A stretch of DNA of 64,000 bases from Candidatus Thorarchaeota archaeon. Lineage in GTDB: Archaea; Asgardarchaeota; Thorarchaeia; Thorarchaeales; Thorarchaeaceae. Shown here piece after piece: positions 48,836 to 58,664 of this stretch. The notes beneath the pieces were generated by a model that saw nothing but the letters and a program-made list of their open reading frames with translations, made no database searches and was not told where the DNA came from. The position numbers and the translations under genes were made by a program. Within the stretch, counting starts at the first letter, position 1. Each line of letters starts with the position of its first letter. The stretch is taken from assembly GCA_013388835.1 (NCBI GenBank), contig JACAEL010000071.1, positions 9,714-73,713 of the forward strand, given 5' to 3'.

Positions 48836-49532
48836 CCATTGCCTAGAAGTCGGACATCGACAGGCACATGCCACAAGATGGTCATGAGCCCCGGGTAGCT
48901 GCACTGAGTCAGAACTCAATTGGCTCCTTCAGGCAGCTTCAAGGAGTAATCTCAGTGCAGGCCCCTGGGAGTACAGGCCCCTGGGAGTAGCAGGCCTCCT
49001 CTGCTAGACTGTGTGCATCTAGGAATGGACGACCAGTAGACAGGCATCATTCGAAGGGCTATCCCTGTCCGGGAGATCGTTCGACAAGTCCTACCTTTGA
49101 TGCCCCTTATTGTCGAACTTGCAGCCGTACTAGGAAAAGTCCAAAGTAGAAACCTTAAATAGCAGCTGTGAGGATGCATATACACCCAACGGCATGTAAG
49201 AACCAAGACAGTCTGATAGCAAAGGCGGGTGCGTGGGCTAGTTTTTCGTTACATGCCCTCAATTACGAAACTCCCCCCTCCTACCACGATTACCCACACA
49301 CCCGCCACCTCATTGTTCTGTGTGATTGTCCTGCAGTCAGAGAGCCCTAATCAACAGAATCCACTCTCGCCAATGTGGCAGACTGATAGTTGAATCAAGT
49401 CTATGAAGAAACGGCATGCCCGGAGAATATGCTTTCTATGGAGTCGCTGTAGTAGCATGAGTGCCAGAACCGCACCTAGGTCATGTAGCATGGTTAATTA
49501 GCCGGTTGTGGAATTCCTGTCGAGTGTGTTCA

Positions 49533-50447
49533 ATGAAGCGGAGTTCAGAGATACCGGTTCTTCAGGTTGACGCATACACAGACGTCCCATATGGTGGAAA
49601 TCCTGCTGTAGTTGTGCTTCGGGCTGACCGTCTCGATGAGAAGATGACCGAGCGGGTGAGCCGTGAGATGGCCGTTGCGCAGACGGTGTTTGTGTACCCG
49701 TCCAAGAAGGCTGATATGCGACTGAGGTTCATGACCCCTCGTGGCGAGATGGCTTTCTCGGGTCATCTTGTGACCGCGGCTCTCGCAGCGCTCCTAGACA
49801 CCGGTGACATAGAGGCTGTGGCCGATGTGAGCATGTTCACCGCCGAAACCGCATCTGGCATTGTCCAAGTGGAAGTCGTGAAGAACGAGAGCACCGGCAT
49901 GCATGAGATCCAGATTTCTCGTGAGAGTCCCAAGTTCATGAACACATATGACCCAAAGGAGTATGCTGAGGCGCTAGGTCTGAACCTCGCAGACATAATG
50001 ACGCAGGGCCCCATCCAGACTGTGAGCACAGGTATTCCTCAGGTCATGATTCCCGTGAGGACCATAAAGGCACTCGAGCGCGTCCATCCGAACTGGGACC
50101 GTCTCGACGCTCTCCAGAAAGAGTCTGACTGGCTCTCCATGCAGTTGTTCACGAGAGAGACTCTTGAACCCACTTCAGATGTGCACGTCCGCCACTTTGC
50201 CCCCGCGCTTGGGATTCCCGAGGACCCTGTCACAGGCTCTGGTGCAGCGAGCATGGGGAGCTACATGATAAAGTACGGTCTGTTCGAACCCACCATACCT
50301 GTCACTAGTATTGTTGTTGAACAGGGGCACTTCATGAAGCGACCGGGGAAGCTCTTCATAGAGGTTCAAGGCGATGCAACTGATATTAGGCTCGTGAAGG
50401 TGAGCGGGACCTGTGTGATTGTCATGCGTGGACTACTACTGATATAG
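49533..50447 (+). CDS. PhzF-family isomerase-like protein
   Basis: N-terminal VDAYTDVPYGGNPAVVV and overall PhzF/DAP-epimerase-like pattern. Confidence 0.7.
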   Translation: MKRSSEIPVLQVDAYTDVPYGGNPAVVVLRADRLDEKMTERVSREMAVAQTVFVYPSKKADMRLRFMTPRGEMAFSGHLVTAALAALLDTGDIEAVADVSMFTAETASGIVQVEVVKNESTGMHEIQISRESPKFMNTYDPKEYAEALGLNLADIMTQGPIQTVSTGIPQVMIPVRTIKALERVHPNWDRLDALQKESDWLSMQLFTRETLEPTSDVHVRHFAPALGIPEDPVTGSGAASMGSYMIKYGLFEPTIPVTSIVVEQGHFMKRPGKLFIEVQGDATDIRLVKVSGTCVIVMRGLLLI

Positions 50448-50853
50448 GTCTTCGACTCTGATGACACTCTACAGCACCTATGTCAAGCATCCAGTCACCT
50501 GCCCGAGCCGTGACCAGGCATAGTGGACACTGTGAGCATGGCGATTGATAGGGGTCGTCGTTCCGATGCTGCGTCTTGCAGACATGAGGCAGGAGCTGCA
50601 TGGTTAGACATGAATCATGGTGACGAATGGCAATATGAGAATCCTCTCACACGCCAGTAGTGTCGATGCAGCGGCGAATGTTGCCACGACTCTTGTGGCG
50701 TCTACTTCATCGAACCGCAGGCAGTTGTGGCTTCTTCTCTTTCCGGGCTCTATGGTGAGCTTCGCCAATTCGTGAACCAATGTTCGACACAATGAGAAAT
50801 GCCTAAATAGGCCGCAATATGCCCGGACGTCACAGATGGAGTGAGGTCTGCAC

Positions 50854-51936
50854 TTGTCGAACTTCGAGGAAACAATGAAAGCCGAGCTGAATACGGTGAA
50901 CCAAGCACTCGCCGAGTACATGGACCTGAAGGTCAAGCAGGGTCAGCAGCTTGGGCTGATACACGAACACTACTACCGCAGTGTCACCGAGTACCTCACT
51001 CGGGGGGGCAAGCGACTACGCCCTCTTTTAGTGGTCACTGGCTATAAGGCTGTCAGCGAACAGGTGAAGCTCAAGCATCTCTACAGAGCATCATGTGCCC
51101 TCGAACTGCTCCATAACGGGTCGCTTCTACACGATGATCTGATAGACCATGATGAAACCAGACGCGGAGGACCCACGATGCATGCTCTCTACAGGGAGTG
51201 GTACAAGAAGAACAGGCGATCTGACGAGGAACGAGCCAGAGACTTTGGTGCGGCGATGGCAATCCTCGGTGGTGATATACTCCTGAACATGGGCTGTCAG
51301 ATAATAACCGACTCCAACCTTGACCCAGAGACTGCCACTGCGTGTTTCAAGTACTATCAGGACGCATACCAGCAGCTTGCTGATGGCGTCATGTTGGAGA
51401 TGGTGATGATTCAAGACCCGAATGCCTCACCAGACATGTACTTGACAATGGTTCGCCTGAAGACGGCTGTGCTGTTTGAGAAGTCTCTCCTCATGGGTGC
51501 GACTATGGCCAGAGCATCCGCATCACAGCTCTCCGCTCTTGGTACGTTTGGTGTAAAGGTCGGTCAAGCGTTTCAGATGCAGGATGATATACTTGGTTCG
51601 TTCGGAGATGAGCGAGTGACAGGCAAGTCGGCTGATGGGGACATTCGCGAGGGCAAGAAGACGATGCTTGTCATACAGGCGTATGCTCTCGGCTCAGAAG
51701 CCCACAGAAAGACACTGGAGTCGCTGCTCGGTAAGCAAAACATGACTGCGGATGAGGTTGCGACGGTTCGCAAGGTGTTCAAGGAATCGGGCGCCCTAGA
51801 TGCTGCGACGAGAATCATGAAGCAGCTTCTCGCCGAAGGAAAGGCCGCTCTAGACAGCGCCAAACCACCACTGAACCCCAAGGGCAAGCAGTTCCTAGTT
51901 GATCTTGCCGACTTCTTGATAGAGAGAGCATACTAG
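50854..51936 (+). CDS. idsA: Geranylgeranyl diphosphate synthase (trans-polyprenyl synthetase)
   Basis: First and second aspartate-rich motifs (LLHDDLIDHDETRRG; FQMQDDILG). Confidence 0.8.
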   Translation: MSNFEETMKAELNTVNQALAEYMDLKVKQGQQLGLIHEHYYRSVTEYLTRGGKRLRPLLVVTGYKAVSEQVKLKHLYRASCALELLHNGSLLHDDLIDHDETRRGGPTMHALYREWYKKNRRSDEERARDFGAAMAILGGDILLNMGCQIITDSNLDPETATACFKYYQDAYQQLADGVMLEMVMIQDPNASPDMYLTMVRLKTAVLFEKSLLMGATMARASASQLSALGTFGVKVGQAFQMQDDILGSFGDERVTGKSADGDIREGKKTMLVIQAYALGSEAHRKTLESLLGKQNMTADEVATVRKVFKESGALDAATRIMKQLLAEGKAALDSAKPPLNPKGKQFLVDLADFLIERAY

Positions 51937-51945
51937 GCGAGCGCA

Positions 51946-52575
51946 TCATCCGGTCTCGATGAGACGAAGCGAGAGGAGAATCATGTCCTCCCCCTTAGCG
52001 TCGAGTAGGTGTTCCATCTCCCGCTTCAGAGATGGTGCTTGAGTGTTGAGATACTCCTCCAGCTCTCTCCGGGACGCTGTCAGAGCCTTTCTCATGTTCT
52101 CCACATGCTTCAGCATCAGTCGAAGTGAAGCTTCATCCGTTGGCTTCCCCGCGAAGAGCTTGGCTCTCATCGTACGGAGTATGTCCTCCGCAATGGCCTT
52201 TGACTCGCTTACTACGCGGTCTCCCGTCCTCCCAGGAATCTCATAGCCCGCCACAAATGCGCGCTGCGCCTCTTCCAGCTGCCTGATCTTGCGTGGGATT
52301 AACACATCCTCAATCCGGTCTTCTACCACAAGCCTCTTCCAAGCCCTGTTTCCGTGAAGTTCCAGTGGGGCCACGTATCCCTTGGCTTGCATCCTTGCTA
52401 GGAGTTTCCTGAACCCCTCTAGTGTGGTCAGTGAGTGTCTGCTTGATATGTGCAGAAACTTCTGGAATAGTGTCGCTTCGAACTCCACTATTGCTGTTCC
52501 AAAGGATGACAGTGCGCTTCTCTCGAGCAGGCTGTCATCAATGTCCTGTGGTTCCGGTGATGCAGACAACCGCAC
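51946..52575 (-). CDS. Hypothetical protein (possible N-terminal wHTH)
   Basis: 209-aa ORF. Segment TLEGFRKLLARMQAKGYV is wHTH-like. Confidence 0.3.
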   Translation of the reverse strand: MRLSASPEPQDIDDSLLERSALSSFGTAIVEFEATLFQKFLHISSRHSLTTLEGFRKLLARMQAKGYVAPLELHGNRAWKRLVVEDRIEDVLIPRKIRQLEEAQRAFVAGYEIPGRTGDRVVSESKAIAEDILRTMRAKLFAGKPTDEASLRLMLKHVENMRKALTASRRELEEYLNTQAPSLKREMEHLLDAKGEDMILLSLRLIETG

Positions 52576-52746
52576 ACCCCGCTGAATTCCTAAGTACTAG
52601 TAGTACTATAACGCATATAGAGATTTGCAGAACGGCATACTGCACCATTTAGCGAACAATCTTAGCAATTATCGGTAACTAACACTCGTGCGCCGATGAA
52701 GTGACATGCCCGAGGCAGTGTTCATCATGTGCTGCCGCTGTACGAT

Positions 52747-55266
52747 CTAGACTACTCCTCTTCGCTTGAGGACCACTACAAGTGCGACAACTGCTATCAA
52801 CACGCCCACTCCGACAGAGAGAGTCATCGGATCAAGTACCACACCCCCTGTTTCGGAAACGATTTCAACTACGCGTGTGCGCAAGTTGTATGTGTGATTG
52901 GCATCGTCAACAATGACCACACGGAACGTCACGTTCGTAGAAGAGGTGTACGGTCCGAGCGTCTTCTCGTAGGTGGTCCAGCCAACACTCATGGCCACGC
53001 TCTTCTCGCCTGAACCATCATCATAGACGAGGTTGACTGCAGATATCCTCCCGCGTGAGAGTGCATCAGTGTGATATGTGATGGTTATGCTGTTTCCAGA
53101 GGCCGCCGGGTTTATCTTGTGGGTGACATTGTCAATGACTCCGGTATGAGTGAGAAGAACGGGCGACAGATATGACGTCAGATTGATCGAAACGATGTTC
53201 AGCCAGTACTCAACAAACCCACCATCATCAGATGTGCCCGTGCGCGTGTAGGTTTCAGAGTTGTTTGCGCCAGCGACAACAGTCTGAGTGACCGTATCAA
53301 CAGTGAGCGAGTGCAGCGCGCACATGGACGTGTTCATCGAGATGGGATAGGTATGGTTGTTCCTGATCCTAAAGAGAAGTGGGAATTGAGTATTGGGCTC
53401 CACATAGACAGCTGCGTCCATCTGGATATCAATGCCTAGAGCCTCTTCGGAAGTCGCATTGATGGCGAGTCTCGATGCACGGGACGGGTTCCAGCTGTCG
53501 AGAGCGACGCTGGCAGCTTGAAGGTAAGCTTCGGAAAGGCCTATACTCGTCGTGGAGCTAATCGCAGCAATTGTGTCCTGTGCAGTCTCAAGCTGGGTCT
53601 CCGCCAGTGACATCAATTCCAGATAACGGTTCACCCACACCGCTTGGCCGAATACCATGTTGTTTACCCGGTCAAGGATTACGAGTCTTCGGTTCAAAAT
53701 GGCATCTACAAGGTCCGCATCAGCAATCTGCCCGTTTGGTCCGGAGGGGTTCTGTACGAATACAGCATTCAGCACCTGACCGACGAACGATGCGGAGTGG
53801 CCGTCACTGGCGCCAACAAAGTTCTTGAAATAGGCTGCTTCCCCACCGTAGAAGTATCCTGTGTTTACGATTTCAACTGCATCGTAACCATAATCGTCGA
53901 AGCGCTCGTAAGTGTCAGCATAAGAAGCGTCGATTGTGGGATGGCAAAGGATGGCGATGGCACCCTGTCCATGTGCTTGGTCCACTGCTTCTTGTTGACT
54001 GGACGTCCATATGTTCTCCGTCAGAGGGAATGCGACAGTGTGATGGACCGAAGACAGTTCCGCCCCAACAACTATGTGCACATCTAGGCCATGTGGTTGC
54101 GCGATGTCACGGACCGCCATCGCTCCTGTCACTCCTTCTATCGGCGTAGGATTCTTGTGTGCGTGGTCTGTGATGACCATGAAGTCAAGTCCCTTGTTCA
54201 GTCCAGCTGCAAGCATGCTCTCAGGAGTGTCAGCTCCATCACTATGTGTGGTATGATCATGAATTAGTCCAACAAACATGCTGTATTCCTGTAGTTCTGT
54301 TGTGCCTAGGCTTGGGCCTGTGCCCGCTCTCACGGCAGCGAGTTCGGGAATGACCGCGGTCCTCTGTGTGTTGTGCGCGACCCAGTCAATGACATTGAGA
54401 CTGAACTGGAAGTGTGAATCTCCATGCCCGTATGACCTCTGGCGATACACGTAGAATGGCCCCGGAGCTCCGGAGAATACGACTCTTCCCGCCCCGGCCT
54501 CTGCAATCGCCACAATGCTCTTCCCATCCTTGGTGACCACAGTAGTGGCATTGCCCGTGACCTCCAGAGAGCAACCAAAGAGCTGGTCGCCCTGAATAAG
54601 AAGATCTGTGACTCCGACAGTCAGACTGTGTGCGACAAACGAACTGGTAGTGTCGCGTGTCTTGTCCTCGTTGAAGATCACCCCATAATCCTCGGAGATG
54701 GGGTTCAGGTTCTTGCCTGAGAATCCCCACCAGTTGTCGCTGTCTGCACCGACCAGTACAAGCCCGCCTCCATTTCTTACGAACGCATGGACCGCCTCTA
54801 CCTCAGAGGCGGTGAGTGCAATCATGGGGAAGAAAATGACCAGGATGTCATATCCGGTCAGTACTCCCGAATCGAGTGCTTGGTCAAAGTTGGTTGAGGA
54901 GTTGTAACCATTGACACCGAGCATCCACCCAAAAAGTGACGCGTTTCCCGGTGCCCACAGGCTGCTCCCGTTCGCAGTGTGCGCCTCGTCAAACAGCACG
55001 TTCTTGGAAAGAAGACCGTCTGCAGTAGCCATGCTGCCTGTGTCAGCAGGATGGCTCATGTTGACAAAAGGACTCGATGTCATGATGAGAAGCAGAATGA
55101 CTAGGTCAAGTACCGGGTGTTTCAATGATGGAACCTCTTCGGAGATGGTACAGCCTAGTATTGGGTGTGGCAAGACATAAGCCTTCTTCCAAGTGCAGGA
55201 CGAAAGAGCGCGACATGCTGAATGAGACGAAAGAGGGCGTGTGACAGCGGCCGTAAGGTTGGACAC
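52747..55266 (-). CDS. Secreted, C-terminally anchored PHP-domain metallophosphoesterase-like surface protein
   Basis: PHP hallmark HDHTTHSDG plus downstream His ligands. N-terminal hydrophobic signal region. Many NxS/T sequons. C-terminal TM helix followed by KRRG. The exact start is uncertain. Confidence 0.55.
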   Translation of the reverse strand: MSNLTAAVTRPLSSHSACRALSSCTWKKAYVLPHPILGCTISEEVPSLKHPVLDLVILLLIMTSSPFVNMSHPADTGSMATADGLLSKNVLFDEAHTANGSSLWAPGNASLFGWMLGVNGYNSSTNFDQALDSGVLTGYDILVIFFPMIALTASEVEAVHAFVRNGGGLVLVGADSDNWWGFSGKNLNPISEDYGVIFNEDKTRDTTSSFVAHSLTVGVTDLLIQGDQLFGCSLEVTGNATTVVTKDGKSIVAIAEAGAGRVVFSGAPGPFYVYRQRSYGHGDSHFQFSLNVIDWVAHNTQRTAVIPELAAVRAGTGPSLGTTELQEYSMFVGLIHDHTTHSDGADTPESMLAAGLNKGLDFMVITDHAHKNPTPIEGVTGAMAVRDIAQPHGLDVHIVVGAELSSVHHTVAFPLTENIWTSSQQEAVDQAHGQGAIAILCHPTIDASYADTYERFDDYGYDAVEIVNTGYFYGGEAAYFKNFVGASDGHSASFVGQVLNAVFVQNPSGPNGQIADADLVDAILNRRLVILDRVNNMVFGQAVWVNRYLELMSLAETQLETAQDTIAAISSTTSIGLSEAYLQAASVALDSWNPSRASRLAINATSEEALGIDIQMDAAVYVEPNTQFPLLFRIRNNHTYPISMNTSMCALHSLTVDTVTQTVVAGANNSETYTRTGTSDDGGFVEYWLNIVSINLTSYLSPVLLTHTGVIDNVTHKINPAASGNSITITYHTDALSRGRISAVNLVYDDGSGEKSVAMSVGWTTYEKTLGPYTSSTNVTFRVVIVDDANHTYNLRTRVVEIVSETGGVVLDPMTLSVGVGVLIAVVALVVVLKRRGVV

Positions 55267-55537
55267 TCACGGGATTGGCCAAGTACTCCTGCACGGAGTG
55301 TGTATGAGTGAGACTCCAGGCCTTCACACCGGTCTACCGAGCCATGCGAAGGTTGTAGACGCTCACCACTAGGCGTCCAAGACCTGCTGAAAGAACGCTC
55401 ACAAGGCTCTCAGCGCCATCTCGATTAGAACAGAAAAATAAGACCGGTCCCCATCCAAGCGTCGGGGGCCGGGCAAGTCATGTGTGACTCCTAGAGCCAG
55501 ACTGATTGGTACTCGGTCTGGACTCGCAAAGTGCCAT

Positions 55538-56584
55538 CTACTTCTTCTTCATCAACGCAACGATGATGACTATTACGACCACCGCGCCAACACCTATCCC
55601 AACGTATAGTAATGTCATGTCGACGGGTGGATTGGTGGCATACTTCAGACCAAAGTCAATCGTTTGGAGTACCAGATAGTAGCCGTCCAGAGTGACACCG
55701 TAGTATTGATGAGAATACATTGGTTGGTAGTCACCGTATGGTGAAGCTCCTGAGACCACTATCACCCCATTGCCGCTCGAACCTGCGTTGATTTCAATGG
55801 TCATGGCGACAAATGCCCCTTTTGCACCCGCTGTATGGGCGTAGGGATTGAGTGTGTCACTGTCCACAATGGTCGCATTGCCACCATAGTACAGCAACGG
55901 GTAGACATTCGGAATGTTGACCGTTTCTAGTGCTACGGGTGCGACATTTTCGCCGGGATTGGCGCTATTGCTGCCGTACAAGAGTGTGGGACCATGCATC
56001 AGCACCTTCGTGACATTGTGCACGATGCTCGCGACAAAGGCATTTGTGCTCGTGCCGTTGGCCACAGGCCTGTATGCTGCTGCGCAATTTGAAATCGGGT
56101 CTTGGACTGCAGTCGGCTCTCCATAGACGTGGGACTTGACAGCCTCGAGGATTGCTGTCATGTTATCGTTGATAAACTGGCCGTCATTCGCACCACCGTG
56201 GTAGTCCGAGTCGTATGCAACCCAAATGAACTTGTTACCAGTCGCAAACCAAGCCGCTATGGCATCCCTCTCTGCTTGGAGATAGCCTGAAGTCGCCCCG
56301 TATATGGACGTCAGCACAAGTCCGTCAAGGTCTGACAGAAATGTCGAGTTGATGCCTCCCTTGGCCCAGACGGTCTCATATCCGAGCCTAGTCAGGTTCG
56401 CGCTCAGCAGGTTGTCAAGCGGTGCGATACCCGCCTTGTACTCGCCATGCGAATACGAGAACCCAATCTTTAGAGGTTCTGGGGTCTGTGCTGCTGCTGG
56501 TGGCGGACCAATCAGGATTGGAATGAAGAGAGCTGCAAGCAATGCTAACGATGCAATTCTCTTCACTTGAAGTTTGGAATCCAT
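55538..56584 (-). CDS. Secreted protein with a C-terminal membrane anchor (hypothetical)
   Basis: Signal peptide from the internal ATG at 56584 (MDSKLQVKRIASLALLAALFIPILIG). C-terminal TM helix followed by KKK. N-glycosylation sequons. Confidence 0.4.
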   Translation of the reverse strand: MDSKLQVKRIASLALLAALFIPILIGPPPAAAQTPEPLKIGFSYSHGEYKAGIAPLDNLLSANLTRLGYETVWAKGGINSTFLSDLDGLVLTSIYGATSGYLQAERDAIAAWFATGNKFIWVAYDSDYHGGANDGQFINDNMTAILEAVKSHVYGEPTAVQDPISNCAAAYRPVANGTSTNAFVASIVHNVTKVLMHGPTLLYGSNSANPGENVAPVALETVNIPNVYPLLYYGGNATIVDSDTLNPYAHTAGAKGAFVAMTIEINAGSSGNGVIVVSGASPYGDYQPMYSHQYYGVTLDGYYLVLQTIDFGLKYATNPPVDMTLLYVGIGVGAVVVIVIIVALMKKK

Positions 56585-56914
56585 TGTTCTAATCCTCCGT
56601 ATGGTCTTCAAGGTCGAAGACAATACTCGTGCTGGTTCGTATGATAAAACCTTTTCGAGATGCACTCGGACAACTTCACTTGACCTCTTCCACGAACATG
56701 AAACGACTAGGAGTATCCACATCCTTCTTGTGGGCAACCTTTGGGCCTCCTAAGGCGTGCCTGTTGTGAATGAGAACCGCAAGAGACCCGCGGGAAACGG
56801 ATTGGATTGCACGACGCTGGACATAGTGCCGCTGTTGAAAAGGCTTAATTACTCTGGTCTGACTAGTCCATGCTTGTAACCTCCAGAAAGGAGTCAATCC
56901 AACGAGGATTCAAC

Positions 56915-58348
56915 ATGAGCGAGTTTGAGTCTGCTGCCAACACCAAGAAGATTGTGCTTGGTGTGGTCGTTCTTGCTGTCGTAATTGGTGGCACTGTCAT
57001 CGGCATGTCCCTTATCGGTGGCGGTCCCACTGGACCCCCCGGAAAGGCACTGACCATTCTTACGAGACATGATGTGTCAATCCAATCCGTCTTCCGAAGT
57101 GCATTCCTGAACAGCGACTTTGCCAAGGCGAATCACATCACGGAGATCACATGGAAGACGTCCACTGGGGAGTTCTGGGACGAGCTAATCGCGGCTGGTG
57201 GCATTGATGTGTGTTGGGGTGGCGGTCCCACGCTGTTCGACCAGCTGCTCAGAGACGGCCGCCTTGCCCCTCTCACCAGTCCTCTCATGACTGCTGCTCT
57301 CGCAAGGGTCAACAACACATTGGCTGGTGCAGACATGAAGCGCAACAACACCCTTGGTCAGACAATGTGGGTGGCAGCAGCCATCTCATCGTTTGGATTC
57401 ATCGTGAATCATGCGTTCTTGGATGAGTATCAATTGCCAGTACCCCACAAGTGGACCGACCTTGCAAATGCCACATATGGAAAACTACTGCCCACAATCC
57501 CGACGTTGGCGATGGGTAATGCGCCGGGTACCACATCCAACACACGAATCTACGAGATCATAACACAGGCTCTTGGATGGGATGATGGTTGGATTACCAT
57601 GGCGCGCATGGCAGGGAGTGCTCGCATATACCCCGGGTCTGTTGAAACCCAGACCGCTGCAGAGACAGGGCAAGTTGGCGTTGCAATGGCGATTGACTTC
57701 TACGGCTACCTGAGCCAATCAAAGAACCCCGACTGCGAGTACATCATCCCGCAGGGACAGACGATTGTAAATGGAGACCCGATTGCCATTCCCTTCAATG
57801 CTCCCAACATGACTCTGTCAGAAGGGTTCTTGGACTGGATGTTTATGCCGGAGACACAAGCACTGTGGCTGAACCCCAATATCATGCGGATGCCCGTAAT
57901 GAGAGAGGCATTTGACACTCCATATGGCTCGACGAAGACTACTCTCTATGCGACCTTCAACCAGACTGTTCAGAACACTGGCATAGACTTCAATGATACC
58001 CTCTCTGTCCTGACGAATACTGCCTTCACGAAGTATTTCGAAGCTGTATTCACCGACGCGCATAACGAGCTAGTCTCCTGCTGGGACCTGATGGTGGATG
58101 CTCTTCTTGCCGGTCATATTTCAGAGGCTGAGTTCAACAGCTTCGCCATTCAGATGGGAACTCCAGTAACAATCGTAGACCCAAAGTCATCGCTTTCAAG
58201 AAAGTTTACGGTCCAGTATGCGATTGACATGAACAGTGACATGATTTCTGACCCGACTTATGCAGAACAGGTACAGAATCTGTGGACGACAGCAGCGAAG
58301 GCTCAGTATGCCGCAGTCTATGCAGCCGTTGACGCGCTTGTACCATAG
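56915..58348 (+). CDS. ABC transporter substrate-binding protein (Fe(III)/polyamine-type, family 1)
   Basis: N-terminal membrane anchor, then a periplasmic-binding-protein type II pattern resembling iron(III) SBPs. Heads the permease/ATPase operon. Confidence 0.65.
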   Translation: MSEFESAANTKKIVLGVVVLAVVIGGTVIGMSLIGGGPTGPPGKALTILTRHDVSIQSVFRSAFLNSDFAKANHITEITWKTSTGEFWDELIAAGGIDVCWGGGPTLFDQLLRDGRLAPLTSPLMTAALARVNNTLAGADMKRNNTLGQTMWVAAAISSFGFIVNHAFLDEYQLPVPHKWTDLANATYGKLLPTIPTLAMGNAPGTTSNTRIYEIITQALGWDDGWITMARMAGSARIYPGSVETQTAAETGQVGVAMAIDFYGYLSQSKNPDCEYIIPQGQTIVNGDPIAIPFNAPNMTLSEGFLDWMFMPETQALWLNPNIMRMPVMREAFDTPYGSTKTTLYATFNQTVQNTGIDFNDTLSVLTNTAFTKYFEAVFTDAHNELVSCWDLMVDALLAGHISEAEFNSFAIQMGTPVTIVDPKSSLSRKFTVQYAIDMNSDMISDPTYAEQVQNLWTTAAKAQYAAVYAAVDALVP

Positions 58349-58664
58349 TGTTCATTCCACATCAAGCCCGCTAGAGTTTCGCGGTTGCGTAAGCAAGACG
58401 AGCCTTGCCCGTGTGGCAGGGCTCACCGCACCACCTTAGGTCACAGGTCCGGACAACCGATGGCATGCCGAGTCTGTTGACTGTAACGTTGCAGACTGAC
58501 AGTCAAATTCGAAGAAGGCTACGGATACCTATAATAGACAGGCTGCGAACAGGGCTTCAGCGTCCTGCCCTGTTATGCCGTCAGAGCTACGTACGCCTTC
58601 GCAGTAGGTGCGAGTCCAGTACTCAGACGTCCCCACACGGCAGTTCGTGAGGCGAACCTGACAG

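Noticed and set aside
49100-49380. RNase P RNA-like conserved-region fragments (GGAAAAGTCC, ACAGAATCC)
   Set aside because: The CR-I-like motif has an extra A. The CR-V-like motif lacks the CCGGCUUA half, and the two cannot form the P4 helix. Judged to be chance resemblance.
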